59,595 bases of DNA, filler included, from Sphacelaria rigidula (GCA_964200075.2; 9 parts of 9 records of this genome joined end to end with filler, not necessarily neighbours in it), one strand, 5' to 3'; positions 1 through 13,608 are shown, numbered from the whole stretch's first letter. The notes: generated by a model from the letters alone, not told the origin. Translations and numbers: made by a program.

Positions 1-163
1 CATCACCAAGCGATGCCAACCCCATCGGGGGTCCGCCCCTACAAAGCCGGGACGGAGCACGCCGGGTTCTCGCCGGACCAGGCTAAATCTTTCTGAATCT
101 ATCTTTTCTTTGCATGAGTGTTACGTACCTATATCAAGCTTATTCGAGCAACCGTTGCTGCTT

Positions 164-238
164 TCAAGGACGATTTGACTTGAAACTTCGTGCAAGAAGT
201 GGTCCAATACCCCCCCCCCCCGTTCGTAGGATGACTCG
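164..238. mobile_element. Right end of the TA-flanked MITE family seen complete at 2411-2576
   Basis: TCAAGGACGATTTGACTTGAAACTTCGTGCAA...(C)nGTTCGTAGGATGACTCG aligns as a direct repeat with 2499-2572. Confidence 0.6.
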
Positions 239-1559
239 AACAATGTTTTTGCTTCGGATCAAAATCGAACAAGTTGAAGACTGAATGGCCACTTGAGGAT
301 CGGGCCTTCTACGCTTTCTCGACAATGAAACTTTGAGGATACTTCTCTAATTTGAATCGATCCCACTTGCATTTGTGATACATTTAGAGAGGTCGATATC
401 TTCGATTTCAAACGTGTTGGTTGCGCTACACGCGCAGAAAAGGGTTTCGGGGGTCGTTAGTATGCATATCTCAGCCTAATAGCGTCTTATTTCCTTGTCT
501 GACACAACGACTACAGACAGGTTTTGTTTAGTTATTGCCTGATTGTTGCCAAGGTCTACCAAGCCTTGACCAGTTGGGTTGACATCACCAAAATTCGATG
601 GTGTTGAACCGAAAGTTTATGAATGGCCGACCTTCAGATGTTCAGCCCGTGGGTATGGTATGTGAAAATATTTATAGTCGAACGCAAAGGTTCATTGTCG
701 CGTGACTTACGGGTTTAGTTTTCCGCAATGTTTCCTCCTATCGCATGCACCATTTTTGTTTAAATAATTCATCGAAAGCAGAAAGAACAGATGGGTCGAT
801 CATAGCCGTTCTCGATCTCAAGCGTGTCCTTGATGTATGAGCTGCTAGTCAGCTACAGGCTTGTGTTTTGGTTGGTCAAAGACTAGCCTTAACTACAGAC
901 AGCAAAAAACGCAATGCTGTGCCGCAGAGACGACGCAAGGTGACCACAGGCCCGACCCGGTTATTCGTGGCGCCGGTTCATGCAGCTCTCAGGCTATGAC
1001 TAAACGGAATATATATGCAAGATTATGTGAAGGAACATGCCTCAGTCATGAACCCAATGCAGTACATACACATTGGACGGGTCATCAGTAACGAAGATTG
1101 CTCAATACTCTCGAAGATAAGCATTACGGCCATGTCTAGCGGGCACTGTTTATTGTGCGAATCTCGTCAAATGTCGAACCTCGCAAAGTGTCGGAGCGAA
1201 TGCCTCCTCCTTTATCACAACAAGCGATCCGGAAAGCGTTATCTGGTGAGGATTAGTGCGAAGGCTTGATGCCTTCGGAGTTTTACGGGTTGTGTGGGAG
1301 TTTGTGGGTTATTTTGGGAGTGCAAAAGTGCAAACGTGGGGAATTTGGCTCTCACGTTTAGTAGGATTTGACAGATGACGACATTTACACACAGGAGTGC
1401 TATTGGTTATGATCGTTAAAGCCACGACTCAAACAAATCCCTTTCCTCAACCTGCCAGATCTGCGCAGAATGACGAGTGACTGATCCCACGGTGAAGGAC
1501 GAGGAGGGAGTGTTTGAGCCAATAGTTTCATGAAGAAGCCACCTTGAAACGTCCCCGCA

Positions 1560-4260
1560 AGCACAAATATCTATATGAGTGCTCTTCCGCTGCTAATATC
1601 AAGTTCCTTTCCACACCACTCAGCAACGTTTCCATCCAAACATAAGTCTATTTCTAGTGTGTGAGGTCGTGTAGCACACTCTGGGCCCCATCTTCTTGTA
1701 CAACGTACCCCCCGCGCCCATCGTGGGATCAATCGAGTACCTGGCGATTCGATGGTAAAATCTGTTGTTTTTTGCTTGGGTCGACCGTCCCCTTTGACCA
1801 AGTATATCCACCGCATCCTCCCGCCATCATGTGCAAAACACGTGAAAACTCTGCATCGCCCCTTCACAGGGACCAAAATAGTGTATTCGTCGCAAGAAGA
1901 TGAGTATGTAGTGAGAGCAAAAGCTGCACCTAGTCACACCTCGGCTGCGATGGAGCAAGAAGCTGGGAACAGAGTGAATATCGCTTAATTTACACAACCA
2001 CAGGCAGATATTTTACTGCAGATAGTTCCACCGCATCACAAACATATTGATTGGTTTGATTGATAAGATGAATTGATCGATTGTTCGCTTGTCGCGCTTC
2101 AACTGAAATATGTGATTGTAAAATATCAAGCTTCTGTATACACACGAAAACCGTAACCAACGCTCGACAGTCTCGCACCGATGCACGTACACCCCAACAT
2201 GTCCTGTCGACACTGAGAGCATATGTTTTGTCCTCTCGTAACATTACTTTACTTACTTGTAACCACTCAAGATTGCATCAACATCTGTCTTGTGCCAACC
2301 AATTTTAATGTCTTCATATTTTCGTGAGTAGGTCCGCTCTCTGTCCGTAGAAACGTTCACCACGACAACCACGTCCTGTTTGACCAAATGACTGATATAG
2401 TGATACTTTACGCCGAGTCATCCTACGATAGGGGGGGGGTATTTGGTTGCACGAAAAAAGAGGCTCATAAGTGTGTCAGACATCCTTCACNNNNNNNNTC
2501 AACGACGATCTGACTCGAAATTTCGAGCAACAAATGCCCCAAAATACCCCCACCCCTATCGTAGGATGGCTCCGCCTATGTGCTTTGTCCGCGGGTGATG
2601 GCGATCTGGTGTTGCTAATTTGAGAGCTTCAGCGTTGTCCTCGCGAACTGTTGCTACCCGAACCGGGTTCGAGTCCAGCGGACGACACCAAGTCCCGTAA
2701 GTACACATACACACTCCTGTCCCGCTTTCGGCGGTGCTACATCCCCTGATCCCACCCTGAACAACGTAACATTTGTTTGTCTCGATCATTCCCAATCTCG
2801 AGGACCACCAGCTCAGTGGAACACGTCTTCGGTTGTCGAATAACCTTCATCCGGGTCTTCAGCGTGATCGACGTCTACGGATTCTATCAGCTTGTCATCG
2901 TTATCATCTCTACATTTCACGTACGCAATACGAAGCTCTGCAGTACCTTGTAGATACGTCAACGCTTTTTTCAGCGTTGTCATAGCACGCTCCCCTGGGG
3001 ATGACATGAACCTTGATAATATCATGATCGCGAATGTCAAGTCCGGTCTCGCTCAACGAGTCAAGTTCAGCAATGATCCCGTCGCAGCTTCTAATCAAGT
3101 TTTACTTGTCTGGTGTCAATATAATCCTTCTCCTTGATACTTAGTTGCTTTGCTTCGGCAGGAGGAGCCTTCATCGAGTGCGCATCTTTCATACCATAAA
3201 TGCCCAGGACTTCTCTCGCATATGTTTCCCGAGATAGCTCCATTATCCCCGTCGGGTCGTTTCGTTTAATACCCAGTTCGAGTAGAAACGTTGCAAGTCC
3301 CAGATTCACCACTTCGAGCCGATCCCGTAATCATCTTTCGGTTTCCTCGATTATTGTCGTACCTTTGCCTGATAAAAGGATATCATAAACACACAACAAT
3401 AACAGCACATCCCCGTCATGTCGAAGATATAGACACGCGTCGGCGGTACTGGAGATGAACCCCCGTGAGGGTAAGAAGGAGATGGTAGTCCCCCACCAGT
3501 CGCGCGGTGACATTCGAAGTGCGTAACGTCATGCTCGCGATTTCCATACTTACTCCGTTTGTCTGTCCGCGCATTCAAAACCTACCGGAGCGATCACGTT
3601 TACATCCGGGCCGTCGGCTCCCATTGTTGCTTGGAGAAATGCCGTCATCACGTTCAGTTGGTAATCGGGGAGGTTATCTCTGGCCGCCAGTGCGATCGCC
3701 AAACGCACAGATTCCAAATGAGAGACAGGGGCAGTCTTATCTTTCCCCCTTTCTGTCTCATGAAACTCTTGCACGATATCCCTCGACTTTTGCCTGACAG
3801 CCTCCCCTCCTCTGTCATCGCCTAGAGAGAAATTTTGGGGAGAATGGGCTTCACGTGTTTGTCCTCTGAAGGATCAACCCACTCGAACACGTCGTGATCC
3901 TACAGCGATCGGCACTCTCAGCGCAAGCCCTGATCCTAGCGCTTCTATTACTTCTCGCCGGTGCTTTCTGCAGGAACGGATGCAGGTTATTGCAGCTCAC
4001 GTAGTTGTGCGGGTGAATGATCGTCCTGGGATTGCGGGCGGTAGAAACCTTGTGTGAGACTTGGTACATCACCTCGTACCCCAGCTTCCTTCGGGCAGTC
4101 CCTACTTACCCTGTCTCGATACAATGGTTCCCCAAAGTTTGGGATTCGGGTCGGCTTAGTGGGTGCTATAAACGCCATGTACGGTTGTGACGGTTGTAGT
4201 TCACGAGATAATGCTTCTCCGCACGAGGTGCTAGAGTCCCACTCCGCTGGCAAAACTCAC
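1560..4260 (-). mobile_element. Highly degenerate Ty1/Copia pol remnant (integrase tail, RT, RNase H)
   Basis: Copia RT-like segments APVSHLESVRLAIALAA...QLNVMTAFLQ (3550-3774), STADACLYLR (3331-3513) and NLGLATFLLELGIKR...SRETYAREVL (3091-3312). Weak RNase H traces MMAGG...SKKQ and RKSTHIDI at about 1560-1830. Many stops and frameshifts. Confidence 0.7.
2411..2576. mobile_element. Tc1/mariner-type (Stowaway-like) MITE with TA target-site duplication; contains an 8-N gap
   Basis: TA|CGCCGAGTCATCCTACGATAGGGG...CCCCTATCGTAGGATGGCTCCGCC|TA: imperfect TIRs with TA on both sides. Confidence 0.7.
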
Positions 4261-4339
4261 AATGTTTCGACGTGTAACTGTCACTGTGACAGGCTGGATA
4301 CCTCTCTTGTACCCTACTCGCGCTGTCGCTGTGAATGGG

Positions 4340-4377
4340 TGTACTCATGATCATGCATGCCATAGTCATAAGACCAT
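4340..4377 (-). mobile_element. 38-bp 3'-terminal fragment of the C-run-targeting LINE (subfamily B), with a perfect 16-bp TSD
   Basis: TGTCGCTGTGAATGGG at 4324-4339 and 4378-4393 flanks TGTACTCATGATCATGCATGCCATAGTCATAAGACCAT. Confidence 0.85.
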
Positions 4378-6533
4378 TGTCGCTGTGAATGGGGCAGATC
4401 AATATCGAGTGTCAATCCACACTCTCCGTCCACGCAGCAGGTTCTCGTGCCTGTTGAATCAAATAGAAAGCTTGTTCTCACTATTATTAAGTTGACGATT
4501 CTCGCTCCTAGTTTTCACCCGTAATCACCGAAGGCAATGGAGCGGTTGATGCTGAACGTCCAAGCAGAGAATGGCAGAGGTGTACGGGGGACACCTCACC
4601 GAACGTCGATCTACAATCGGGAGGCGTTGCTGCCTCTGGGGAACTGGGAAAACACATGTCTGGTGTATACGTCAACCTACCCCGGGAACCTGAGAGGTTC
4701 TGTATATTTGTTTTCGTACAGGAATATCCTAGATCTGCACAGTTCTTGTGGCCTGCAGCTCTGGGCAGGAGATGCTGTATACGCCTCTCCACCTCGTGAC
4801 ACTAGCCCGTACAGACGAGCCTCCATTACACTTGCGATGAGGAATCTCAAAGCAACGAAACTTTGAGGCTTTTCTTCACTCGTGAAGTCATGAGTGGAAG
4901 AAAGGCGGACCAGAAGAGAGCCCTGAAAAACAAAAACACGCTCATAACCATCAACAGGGCCAAGGCCAACCCTTTGCCCGATCCTCCCACACCTCGAACA
5001 AGAAAAGCAAAAGTTGCTTCCAAGAAGCGCAATTGCGCAATTGGGCTTGAGTGCGTAGGAGCACACAATGCTGCTGTGGCTAGCGATCAAACGGAAGCGT
5101 ACACAATGGTATGACGCGCTAGCTAGAAAAAGTGGTAAACCGGGAAGGTACAGGGGTACGAGGGCTACGCAGGGAAGACCAGACTTTACGCCAAAAGGCG
5201 AACCACATTCAACGAATGCATGGTGGGATCCCAGCCGAAGGAAAACAGAAAACCAACAAATGAAAAACTCAAAATGGGTCTAGCGCCAGCCATACAAGTG
5301 GAAGGGATGAATACGAAGACTCCAGTAGGCGTGGGGGAAGGTGCTCCAGGTAAGCCCCGGTCGTGGCCCGCTGGTGGCGCTTCAAGTTAGCTCCGTTATA
5401 AGGGTGTTGACAGTAGTGGTAGCGTGAAGAGGGTCATACCTGAGCAGTGAAGGCGACTGAATGTTCCAAATATCAAAATGGGAGGGAGAATAAACGTGGC
5501 AGGGAGTTGAGTAAAAACTTGAGGTGTTGCGTTGACGTCGTGGGTGCGATCGACATTGCGCTGGATGCCTCGACGGAGGCCGTTGGGCTTGAGCCGTTGT
5601 AGGCACCAGGAACCACGTGGCGCTGATGAGCTGATGGTGTATGATGCTGGGCGGAGATCGATCCGCACGTGCCCAGGGTCATTGATGAAGCATACGATGT
5701 AGGTATTCACCGCGAGGAGATCGAGTGAGTGGATCTGACCCAACCACCAGAGGCTACTGCTGCCTTTGTACCAAATAGGTACCTTTAGGGAGCACGGCCT
5801 GCTTTGCGCGGATCTGTTCATCCTATTTGTTTGGTGGGTACTGATTTGTAAACGTCGGTAACAAAGCGTAAGCTTTTGTCATGATACAGTTCACGGGCTA
5901 CAACGCCGCGGCGCATATTGCGATTTTTTGTTGTTGTCAACAAGATGTTGTAGTACGGGTTGCGCCCAATAAAGGATAATTGCACAGCGGTGCAACTGAA
6001 CGTCGAACTCGCGTTCCCAAGACGCGCCCCGAAGGCCTTGCCAGTGGGTCTTGTACATGACAGCGATTTTGCCTCCTCGTCCGCGAGTAATCTAGTGGTA
6101 CAATAATGCAGATGGCAACCAGAACAAGTGAAAGGCGAGTCTTCACCCAGGCTAGGATCTCCAAGCTTGACGTTGATCGAGTGATGATCATATTGGTGCT
6201 TCCGCTACTCGCGCGTGTGCCACGCAGCGTTTCTGTATTGATGTGAGTGTTCCACTCACCGTAACTAGTGTGCAACGGATCCAGCCGTGGTCGTTATTCA
6301 CGAGGTAGACGCACCCAAGGTATGTGAACGAAAACACTCACCGAAGGAAACTCGACAAAAAGGATGCCACATAAAAGAAGGAGAAACAGCATGTGCATTT
6401 GTCGCACAGCATTCCCCCTCGTGGTTCATTCTGATATCTTCCAGTATGATAATCTGCCGTACCAATGCTACTCTAGCGTGTAGACCTCGGTGGTCTCCAT
6501 CGTACAATTCAAAGCGACTAGGGGGGGGGGGGG

Positions 6534-6633
6534 NNNNNNNNNNNNNNNNNNNNNNNNNNNNNNNNNNNNNNNNNNNNTTAATTAATTAANNNNNNNNNNN
6601 NNNNNNNNNNNNNNNNNNNNNNNNNNNNNNNNN
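6534..6633. other. Artificial contig spacer N44-TTAATTAATTAA-N44; the same spacer is at 13167-13266, 19800-19899, 26433-26532, 33066-33165, 39699-39798, 46332-46431 and 52964-53063
   Basis: Eight identical 100-bp spacers with a six-frame stop linker. The segments between them are 6533 bp (seven) and then 6532 bp (two). Confidence 0.97.
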
Positions 6634-8059
6634 GGGGGGGGGGGTGCGAAGTGTTGACCAGCCACGCAGGGGAGGGGTCAACAGTTGTGGACAAAAACTT
6701 CTTGGGATCGCTCGATAATCTGCAATGGTGACACTGGGGGTCGGAGTCAGTTGTGTCGCCCCCTCTCCTTTCCTTCTTCTGTCTCCCCGGGCCTCCCTGA
6801 GGCTCCGCTTTCCTTGATAATCCATGACTCGTGCGCTGAAAGCAAAATGTCACCATTGGCGGCGGCTCCCGCAAACCGAGAAGAGTGGCTCGGCTGTAGT
6901 GTCGGCGATTGACTGTATTGTTTAAAAGGTTTTTCAAGAGGACAGTTTCAGCTTGGTACATGTGACCCTTCGACCAAGGAGTCTCGTCTTGAAATAGTAG
7001 TTTGTCTCGTTGTTCCCTGCTGTTGCCCGTTGTTGTCTTCTTCGACCGCAACCTCGGAAGGGTCGGGTGTGATTGTGTTCCGTGCCATGTGTGTTGGGTG
7101 CAGTAATCTCCGCAAAGAAGATGAGGCAGATGGCCACGGCTACGGAAGAGCATCTACCTCCTACTGCACTAAATATGATCCTTTATCTACGTGCTCGAAT
7201 AACCCGTTGGTCGCTAGGGAAATGTAATATACGGCTCAGGGCATCACAAGACACTTTGGACAGGAATATATTTCTCGGCGTGATGGTTACCCAATCAATC
7301 CGCTTGTCCCCATCGTTCTCCAAGCGAACAGGGGTTTTGGCTACGGCAAAAACAATGCTTACGGACCTAACAAAATAATTCTCACCGGTCGTCGTTCTGA
7401 GGGGTTCTTGAAGTCAAAGAGCTATTTTTTATTTTTTGCTAGATGTCCGACTGTGAAGACTTCGGGATAACTTCCACAGGAACACTCGCGCATCAAGATC
7501 ACAAACGTCCGCAAATGTCGACTCAAAGCGAGTCGTTCGCACTCGGGGGGATAAGAAAACAAATCCAGCCGTAGACGTGATTTTTGTCAGTCGAGACGTC
7601 TCACATTTATCGATGAACTCGTGACGTCTCATATTTAGGAACGACTGCTGTCCTTGTTCCTCTCTGGTTTCTGAGGCAACTCCACAACCAGTCTAGTGCG
7701 CGTCCTTAGGACTTAAAAGAGGTACCCGAATTCTTGCGCTGAAGTACGCAGTGGACGAGTTTTGACCCCGAGTTATTGAAGTTGCTCGTACTCCAAGCAG
7801 AGCACATTGTCAAGGTTCGGTCGTTCACAACTTGAGTTTTATACGTGCATGTTAGTAGCGATCAGTCGAAGTTTGACTTTTGCACGGGGGTATCGTTCGT
7901 CTGCTGTCGACGCCAGCACAACGTCGCGTTTATGGTATCTTCGCACACCCTCACGGTATCACGACGCCGAGGGCATGCTGACGCACTTGAAAGCCAGGAT
8001 GCAGTAAAGCAGTTCAAAACGTATATACCTTAGCACGATCTTGGATTATCGTGCAGACT

Positions 8060-8295
8060 CCATCGCGGATATGAACGTTCATCTGGGATATCCATCTGAG
8101 ATATGGACATCCACCTGAAAAATGGACACCCGTGATGGATCCCCTGGATGGACGTCCATACCCCAGACGGACGTCCATGTCCCCGATGGGCATCCTGATG
8201 GATCTGATATTCCAGATGGACATCCCAGATGGACATCCCAGATAGATCTGATATCTTAGATGGACATCCCGGGTGGATATGTGATCTCAGATAGG
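8060..8295. repeat. Degenerate tandem array of a GATGGACATCCC-like unit of about 13-19 bp
   Basis: More than ten variants such as GATGGACATCCCA, GATGGATCTGATAT and GATGGACGTCC. Confidence 0.75.
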
Positions 8296-9223
8296 GAGGG
8301 CACGCTAATGCAAGGCTCCGTAGCTTGGGATACTCAGTGATCGTGGTGAGCGTACGCCATAACAAAGTCAACTCAACGTTTCTCATCGGCAGGTGAACCC
8401 AACCCGCTGGACAAAGAACCGACAGAGTGTCGGAGCAAGAGAGGGTTGGCCTACGGCTTCACAGATGTCAAAGACCTGTACACACTGAGGGCCGGCCTAT
8501 CGTGGTGGTGAGCACGGGAAAATGCGGGCACGTTAAAGCAAAGCAGCACCTCTCCGAGCAAACGCTGGAGTCTATCGAATTAGAAAGAGAGACATGAAAC
8601 ATAAATTTAATCCTTCAGAGATGATCAATGTTCGCTGCACCGTGTGCGATGGCGAGCGTCGCGGTGGAATCACCCCACGAGAAGCAAGCACTCTGCCCAA
8701 GTAGCGCCAGCGCACTTCAGTACGTACACATGAACCCTGAATCGGGTGGCCGGAGTATTTATAAGTGCTTGCACTTACTGCATGTACTTCGTTCAATGTT
8801 TTCATGGTAACTGTTCAAAAATACTTGCGGCGAACATTCGAACCCGGCAGGTTTGGTACTAGATATAATGCATTATGGCTTGAAGAATGGTCAAGAGTGG
8901 ACCCATACTTTTGTTTCAACCAACCGTTGGAAATCATTCAAGGTTTTACGGACGAAGTACACTCGGCCGCATACGAATATTGCACGCGCAACGAGAACTC
9001 CTCGACTTGGTCAGCACTGGGGCCTGCTTGACAAGAGTTGACGTCCCGCACCATGTGCATGGTGTTGGCATTTTCACCACCCTATTATTACACCGACTCC
9101 TCAAATACTGACACGTCGGACTAGGTTCAGTAGCGACTACTTCGATGTACACATTCCGCATGCGTCAGGTATTGATTCTTTTTAGCTATTCAATACTTTC
9201 GTATATTATTGCAATATGGATAG

Positions 9224-9410
9224 GTACGATTGGTCTCCAGGCAATCTGGAGGATGGCATTTTCGAAGCGTCCCTCAGTCAGGGGTCCGAGTATGTGCCCA
9301 TGATTTGGGGCGAAGGCGATCTCACGCAAGATCGTCTTGAGAAGTTGGAATGGGTCGGAGATTCATCCAAGTTTCTCCTCGGCTTCAACGAGCCGAACTA
9401 CGAGCATCAG
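9224..9410 (+). CDS. Internal exon of a GH128 (Glyco_hydro_cc) beta-1,3-glucanase
   Basis: Translates as (W)YDW...EYVPMIWG...FLLGFNEPN, the GH128 signature motifs including the NEP acid/base Glu. Acceptor TAG| at 9221-9223 and donor |GTGACC at 9411. Confidence 0.85.
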
Positions 9411-10244
9411 GTGACCGCAATGCATCATGGAGAGACGACCGCTGTATACGAAAAAGGGGCACCCGTGTGATACCTAACCTCCGTAATAGTTCCGTTCACA
9501 ACCATCATGTAAAGCGTTATGAACAATAGGTGTTCGGGGGATACGTACATGTAACGGGCACTTATGGTGCTCACGAATATGGGAAGAAGTTCCCACTTCG
9601 AAGGCCGTGTGAACGTGTGGAGCAGCATAGGTATTCCCTGTACGTTATGCAGCCGAACGCTAGAGGAAGGTCGAAATCATCTGGTGCACCTGCGCTGCAT
9701 CGGGAGGACGTCAGGGTGCTTCATGGACCCTAACGAACCTCACAACCAGCATCACATAAAAAAAGTGCAGGAGAATAGTGCAGTGCTGTGGTTTGCTCGG
9801 TACAAGGAGCAGCTGCATTTCTGAAAAAACGCAAAATAAAAAACACTATTCATGTAACGTCTGTACGAAAGTAACATTTCCGGTCGATTTCCAAGATTAT
9901 GTCTCCAGCAGTTGAACCTACGGGGCTCACCTGAGAGCTGTTGTTGTTCCCTGTATCCACGAATGCGCCTTCTCTGATCCATGTACGAGTAGGGATAGGG
10001 CGACGGCACGGGGGTGTAACGAAGTCGTGACACGTTCAATATATATATATATACAGTATGCATATATGCTGGGCACGTTCATCTTGTAACAACGGTGAGA
10101 TCTCACCCCCTTTACAATATATTACATTGCCAAAACGTGTGCTGTGTACAGTATCGACTACATAGCACACGTTTTGCAAACGTTTCGACATATAATCTAT
10201 TGTTCAGGGTGTGAAGGTTCTACAATCAAGCAATCAATCAACTG

Positions 10245-10623
10245 TGACGATTTATAGGCAACCGGTTAGACTACCGTACAGTCAGCGCTGACTGTACGGT
10301 AGTCTAACAGGTTGCTTATAAATCGTCAAAAAAGTTAGTCGTGGGGGTTCGATCCTCGTCACTTTCACTCCGAGGAGGGCGACTCCCCTTTCCAGCGCTG
10401 TTCAACTGTTCGCGCTCACGGTATCGGTCTAATGTTGCCACACGTATTCATTCGGAGTTACTCGTCTCCCCCACTCATTTCCTAAGGTGTGTGCACTGGG
10501 GTCCCTAGCAGTAAACTCGGGGATTGGACTCTCCCCCATTACACTCTTTTTTACCGGAGGTAGGGTTTTCCTCTTTTTTTTCAAAGAAATGTGACGATAT
10601 ATAGGCAACCGATTAGACTACCG
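10245..10623. mobile_element. MITE-like TIR cluster: an 84-bp loop-less palindrome (10245-10328) plus a third TIR copy (10592-10623), enclosing a tRNA B-box-like segment
   Basis: TGACGATTTATAGGCAACCGGTTAGACTACCG occurs three times, twice forward and once reverse. GTCGTGGGGGTTCGATCC lies at about 10338-10355. Confidence 0.6.
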
Positions 10624-13272
10624 AGCAATCAATATCATGCTTTGACGTAGAGATAACAGTTGCTGGTCCCAGGCTCTGCTGTGGTCAAGACTGTGTGGTC
10701 ATTGCTACGACCAGGAAATATGGCATGAAACTAGTACGAAAGGTACCTATGTCGAAGAGAACGGCGCACGCGGTGTATCGAAATGGCATCCTATACTTAC
10801 GAAACAAGAACGGTATCATTCAGTACCATCTGAGAACATAGAAAGAAGAATTGGTAGGCAATGTGCAAGTATTGTCGATGAGATTTTACTGAGAAAACGG
10901 GGTCTGTTCTCTGCGGTGTATATAAACCTTGTTGTCCAGGATATCATTTCTATATACACGCGAGTACATGGCAGAGGCTTTCGTAGCAGCACAATACCAT
11001 ATACTATATCCTTACACTCATGCGTTGGGCCCATCTATCGTCAACGCAAACAGGATGCCGATCGGACGAGAAACATAGGGCGCGTTGGAATTGTACATGT
11101 ATATGGAAACACTCCCTGTATTTACGATAGAAGTGATACCGTAGCTCAAATTCATACGGCTATAACGCAACGTAACTGCAGTGGGTACCAGAGAAAATCC
11201 TTGTACGAAAACACATCTGCTCACATGCGGCATGACATCACCCCTCCATGTGTTCCCGAGATATTGCTTTCAATGAATAGTCCTTCAACTCGGATCTTTG
11301 TCCATTTTATCACCGGAGAAGAGCCACATCCCGAGGAGAGGCTCAGGTTACCGGGTTGCCTTTTCCCTTACTTCTCATCCGAGTCGATATCTACCCCTAC
11401 ACCTACAAGAAGAAACACGTAGTCTAGTTCTAGCCGCTTACCCCCGTGACATACGAGGCTACCACTCAATTGCATTGGGGTGATATCGTCATCTTTGCGT
11501 CGATGGTAGGACCTACAGTTCATCGGCACAGATTCGTTGGATCCGTTTGTGGTTGTGTGCGGCGTATCGCCAGCACGTCCATGGCCGCCATCGACAACTG
11601 TGATCAACACGGGACTACCGTGGATGAACACGGCAAGGATCCAGTCGGACAACAATAAATAGAGGAGGTCGAACTACGAGTCACGAACGCCTGCCGATCG
11701 CGGTCTTATAACCGCGATCACTCCCAGGAGATAGTCGCTGTTCTCGCCGTCGACCTTCCCCAGCAGCCGAAACAGCGCCAACAATCACCGCGGCCCAACT
11801 AGCTCCCATCACACATGACCGCCGCAGCAGCGACGCCGAGGTCCACACACCCTCACGTGACGCTGTTTTCAACCACACCTTCCCAAACCATCGAGAGCGA
11901 GCCATCATTCGGAGCTCTCTTCCCCCCCAAAGGGGTCTACGTTCGCATCACCTGTCCAGTCGCTCTCGCCGACTCCGGTAACCGCATAGTCTTCCTCCAC
12001 TGTTACGGCATCCTCCCATCACATGAAGTCGTTCCGCTTGTAGGCTGTATACTACCAGCCCTCCTGCGTTCACCTACGTCTCCAATCCCCGCGCCGTCGA
12101 AAACGTCCAAGGATCATTAGCGCGGAGAATTTTGGCGTGTCCCACAGTCATCGCCCGAAGCGATCACGCGGAAGAACTCCAATAATGTTGAAGGCATTTG
12201 CCCACGTCCGTATTGGATGCGTCAGTGTGGAGAGCTATCAGCGTCAACTGTCTCTGTATGGCTCTGTGATTTTTGCGTTACGTCATTGCGATACGAGATC
12301 ACCGAAAGGGGTTCGAAGTGTCGCCGGTCCAACGCTTCTTGAATCCATCGTGCAACGCCACTGAAGATCGTCAAGAGCGTATTGACGTACGGCTAGTTGG
12401 AGCATCCTGGGATCTATCGTGTGACATGCATCCATCTGTGAACGGGGCTAATAAAATTTTGGTGGAGCTGTACGCATATCATATTGTCACCCGGCTTTGT
12501 CGCTAGCTCGGTGCACAGAACCTCGTGTCGTCATTCGTCTCCGTCGTTTGTCCAGCGCATAGGAGTAGCCCAATTATGTCTTTCTCGAAGAATACGTGAA
12601 ACACAGACGAGATCCCACCACGAGTATTAGCACACTTCGTCCCCACTCTGTCCTCCACCATGTATGGAAACTTCCGTCTCCTCAAAAATCACTCAACACA
12701 GAACCATACCTGATCATCACCATCACCGGCTGATATTAATGTTTATGGTCATGGTATCCCAACGCCTCCATGCATTCGAATTAATGCGAGCAAAGCGTGG
12801 AAGCTGTCCTCATCACCGTCCGCACTTTTACGCCAGAAAATTCGAATATAATCTGGTTCGGAACGGCACACATGAACCTGGCCATTGGTATTGACGGCTC
12901 ATACTTCTATAAATAATAACTTCCTGGTGCATTTATTCTGTTCGTTTTTATTCATCCGCTCGTTCAACACGTATATCCAGAGCACACATGTTTGTTGGAT
13001 ACTTGTTGAACGTAATTTTCTGGGCATACTTCTCGCACCTACAAGATGTACGTTCACGCGCTATCTTATATTTGATGGAGTAGCCGGCGGAACACCATCA
13101 TACCTGGGGGGGGGGGGGGGGGGGCCCCTTTTTGTTTTTTGCTTAGGTGTCGCCCCCTTCACCACCNNNNNNNNNNNNNNNNNNNNNNNNNNNNNNNNNN
13201 NNNNNNNNNNTTAATTAATTAANNNNNNNNNNNNNNNNNNNNNNNNNNNNNNNNNNNNNNNNNNNNGGGGGG

Positions 13273-13316
13273 CGTACTCATTTGTTGCTTGCCTTAGTCG
13301 TTTGACCATTGACCAG
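13273..13316 (-). mobile_element. 3'-terminal fragment of the C-run-targeting LINE (subfamily A)
   Basis: (G)n-CGTACTCATTTGTTGCTTGCCTTAGTCGTTTGACCATTGACCA, the same end as the copies at 44148-44213 and 55175-55900. Confidence 0.8.
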
Positions 13317-13608
13317 GGCCGGGGGGGGGAGGGTATAAGCACGCGCCTGTACGCCGGTCGTTCACTTCAACAACCCTGGAGACTATTACCGAATACCCCT
13401 CCGAAGAAGAGGCTGAGCTCGAGTCGGATATCTCCGAGCAGGAGGACGAAGAATGACCCAACACAACGATCACCACGCCCACGATCGCAGCGGTACGCAA
13501 AGTGGCAAGCTAGCACACGGGCGAAACCCTAGCCATCCTACCGCGACGTACACGTGGAGGAGGGCTAAGCACGCTACCCAGTTCCGCGATGAAGGACACT
13601 TTCTATGT

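Noticed and set aside
1620..1811. IDPTMGAGGT resembles a DNA methyltransferase SAM-binding motif, suggesting a viral insert
   Set aside because: No catalytic motif or other viral genes are present. Neighbouring frames show Copia RNase H traces (MMAGG..SKKQ, STHIDI), so decayed Copia is the simpler explanation.
5937..6507. Weak resemblance to DDE transposase fragments (ILAWVKTRL)
   Set aside because: No catalytic motifs or TIRs were found.
13123..13166. Apparently novel sequence after G-runs or C-runs (also 44064-44131, 45228-45290, 54620-54700)
   Set aside because: It looks like out-of-phase base calls after homopolymers. 13123-13166 is probably a garbled copy of the C-run LINE 3' end.
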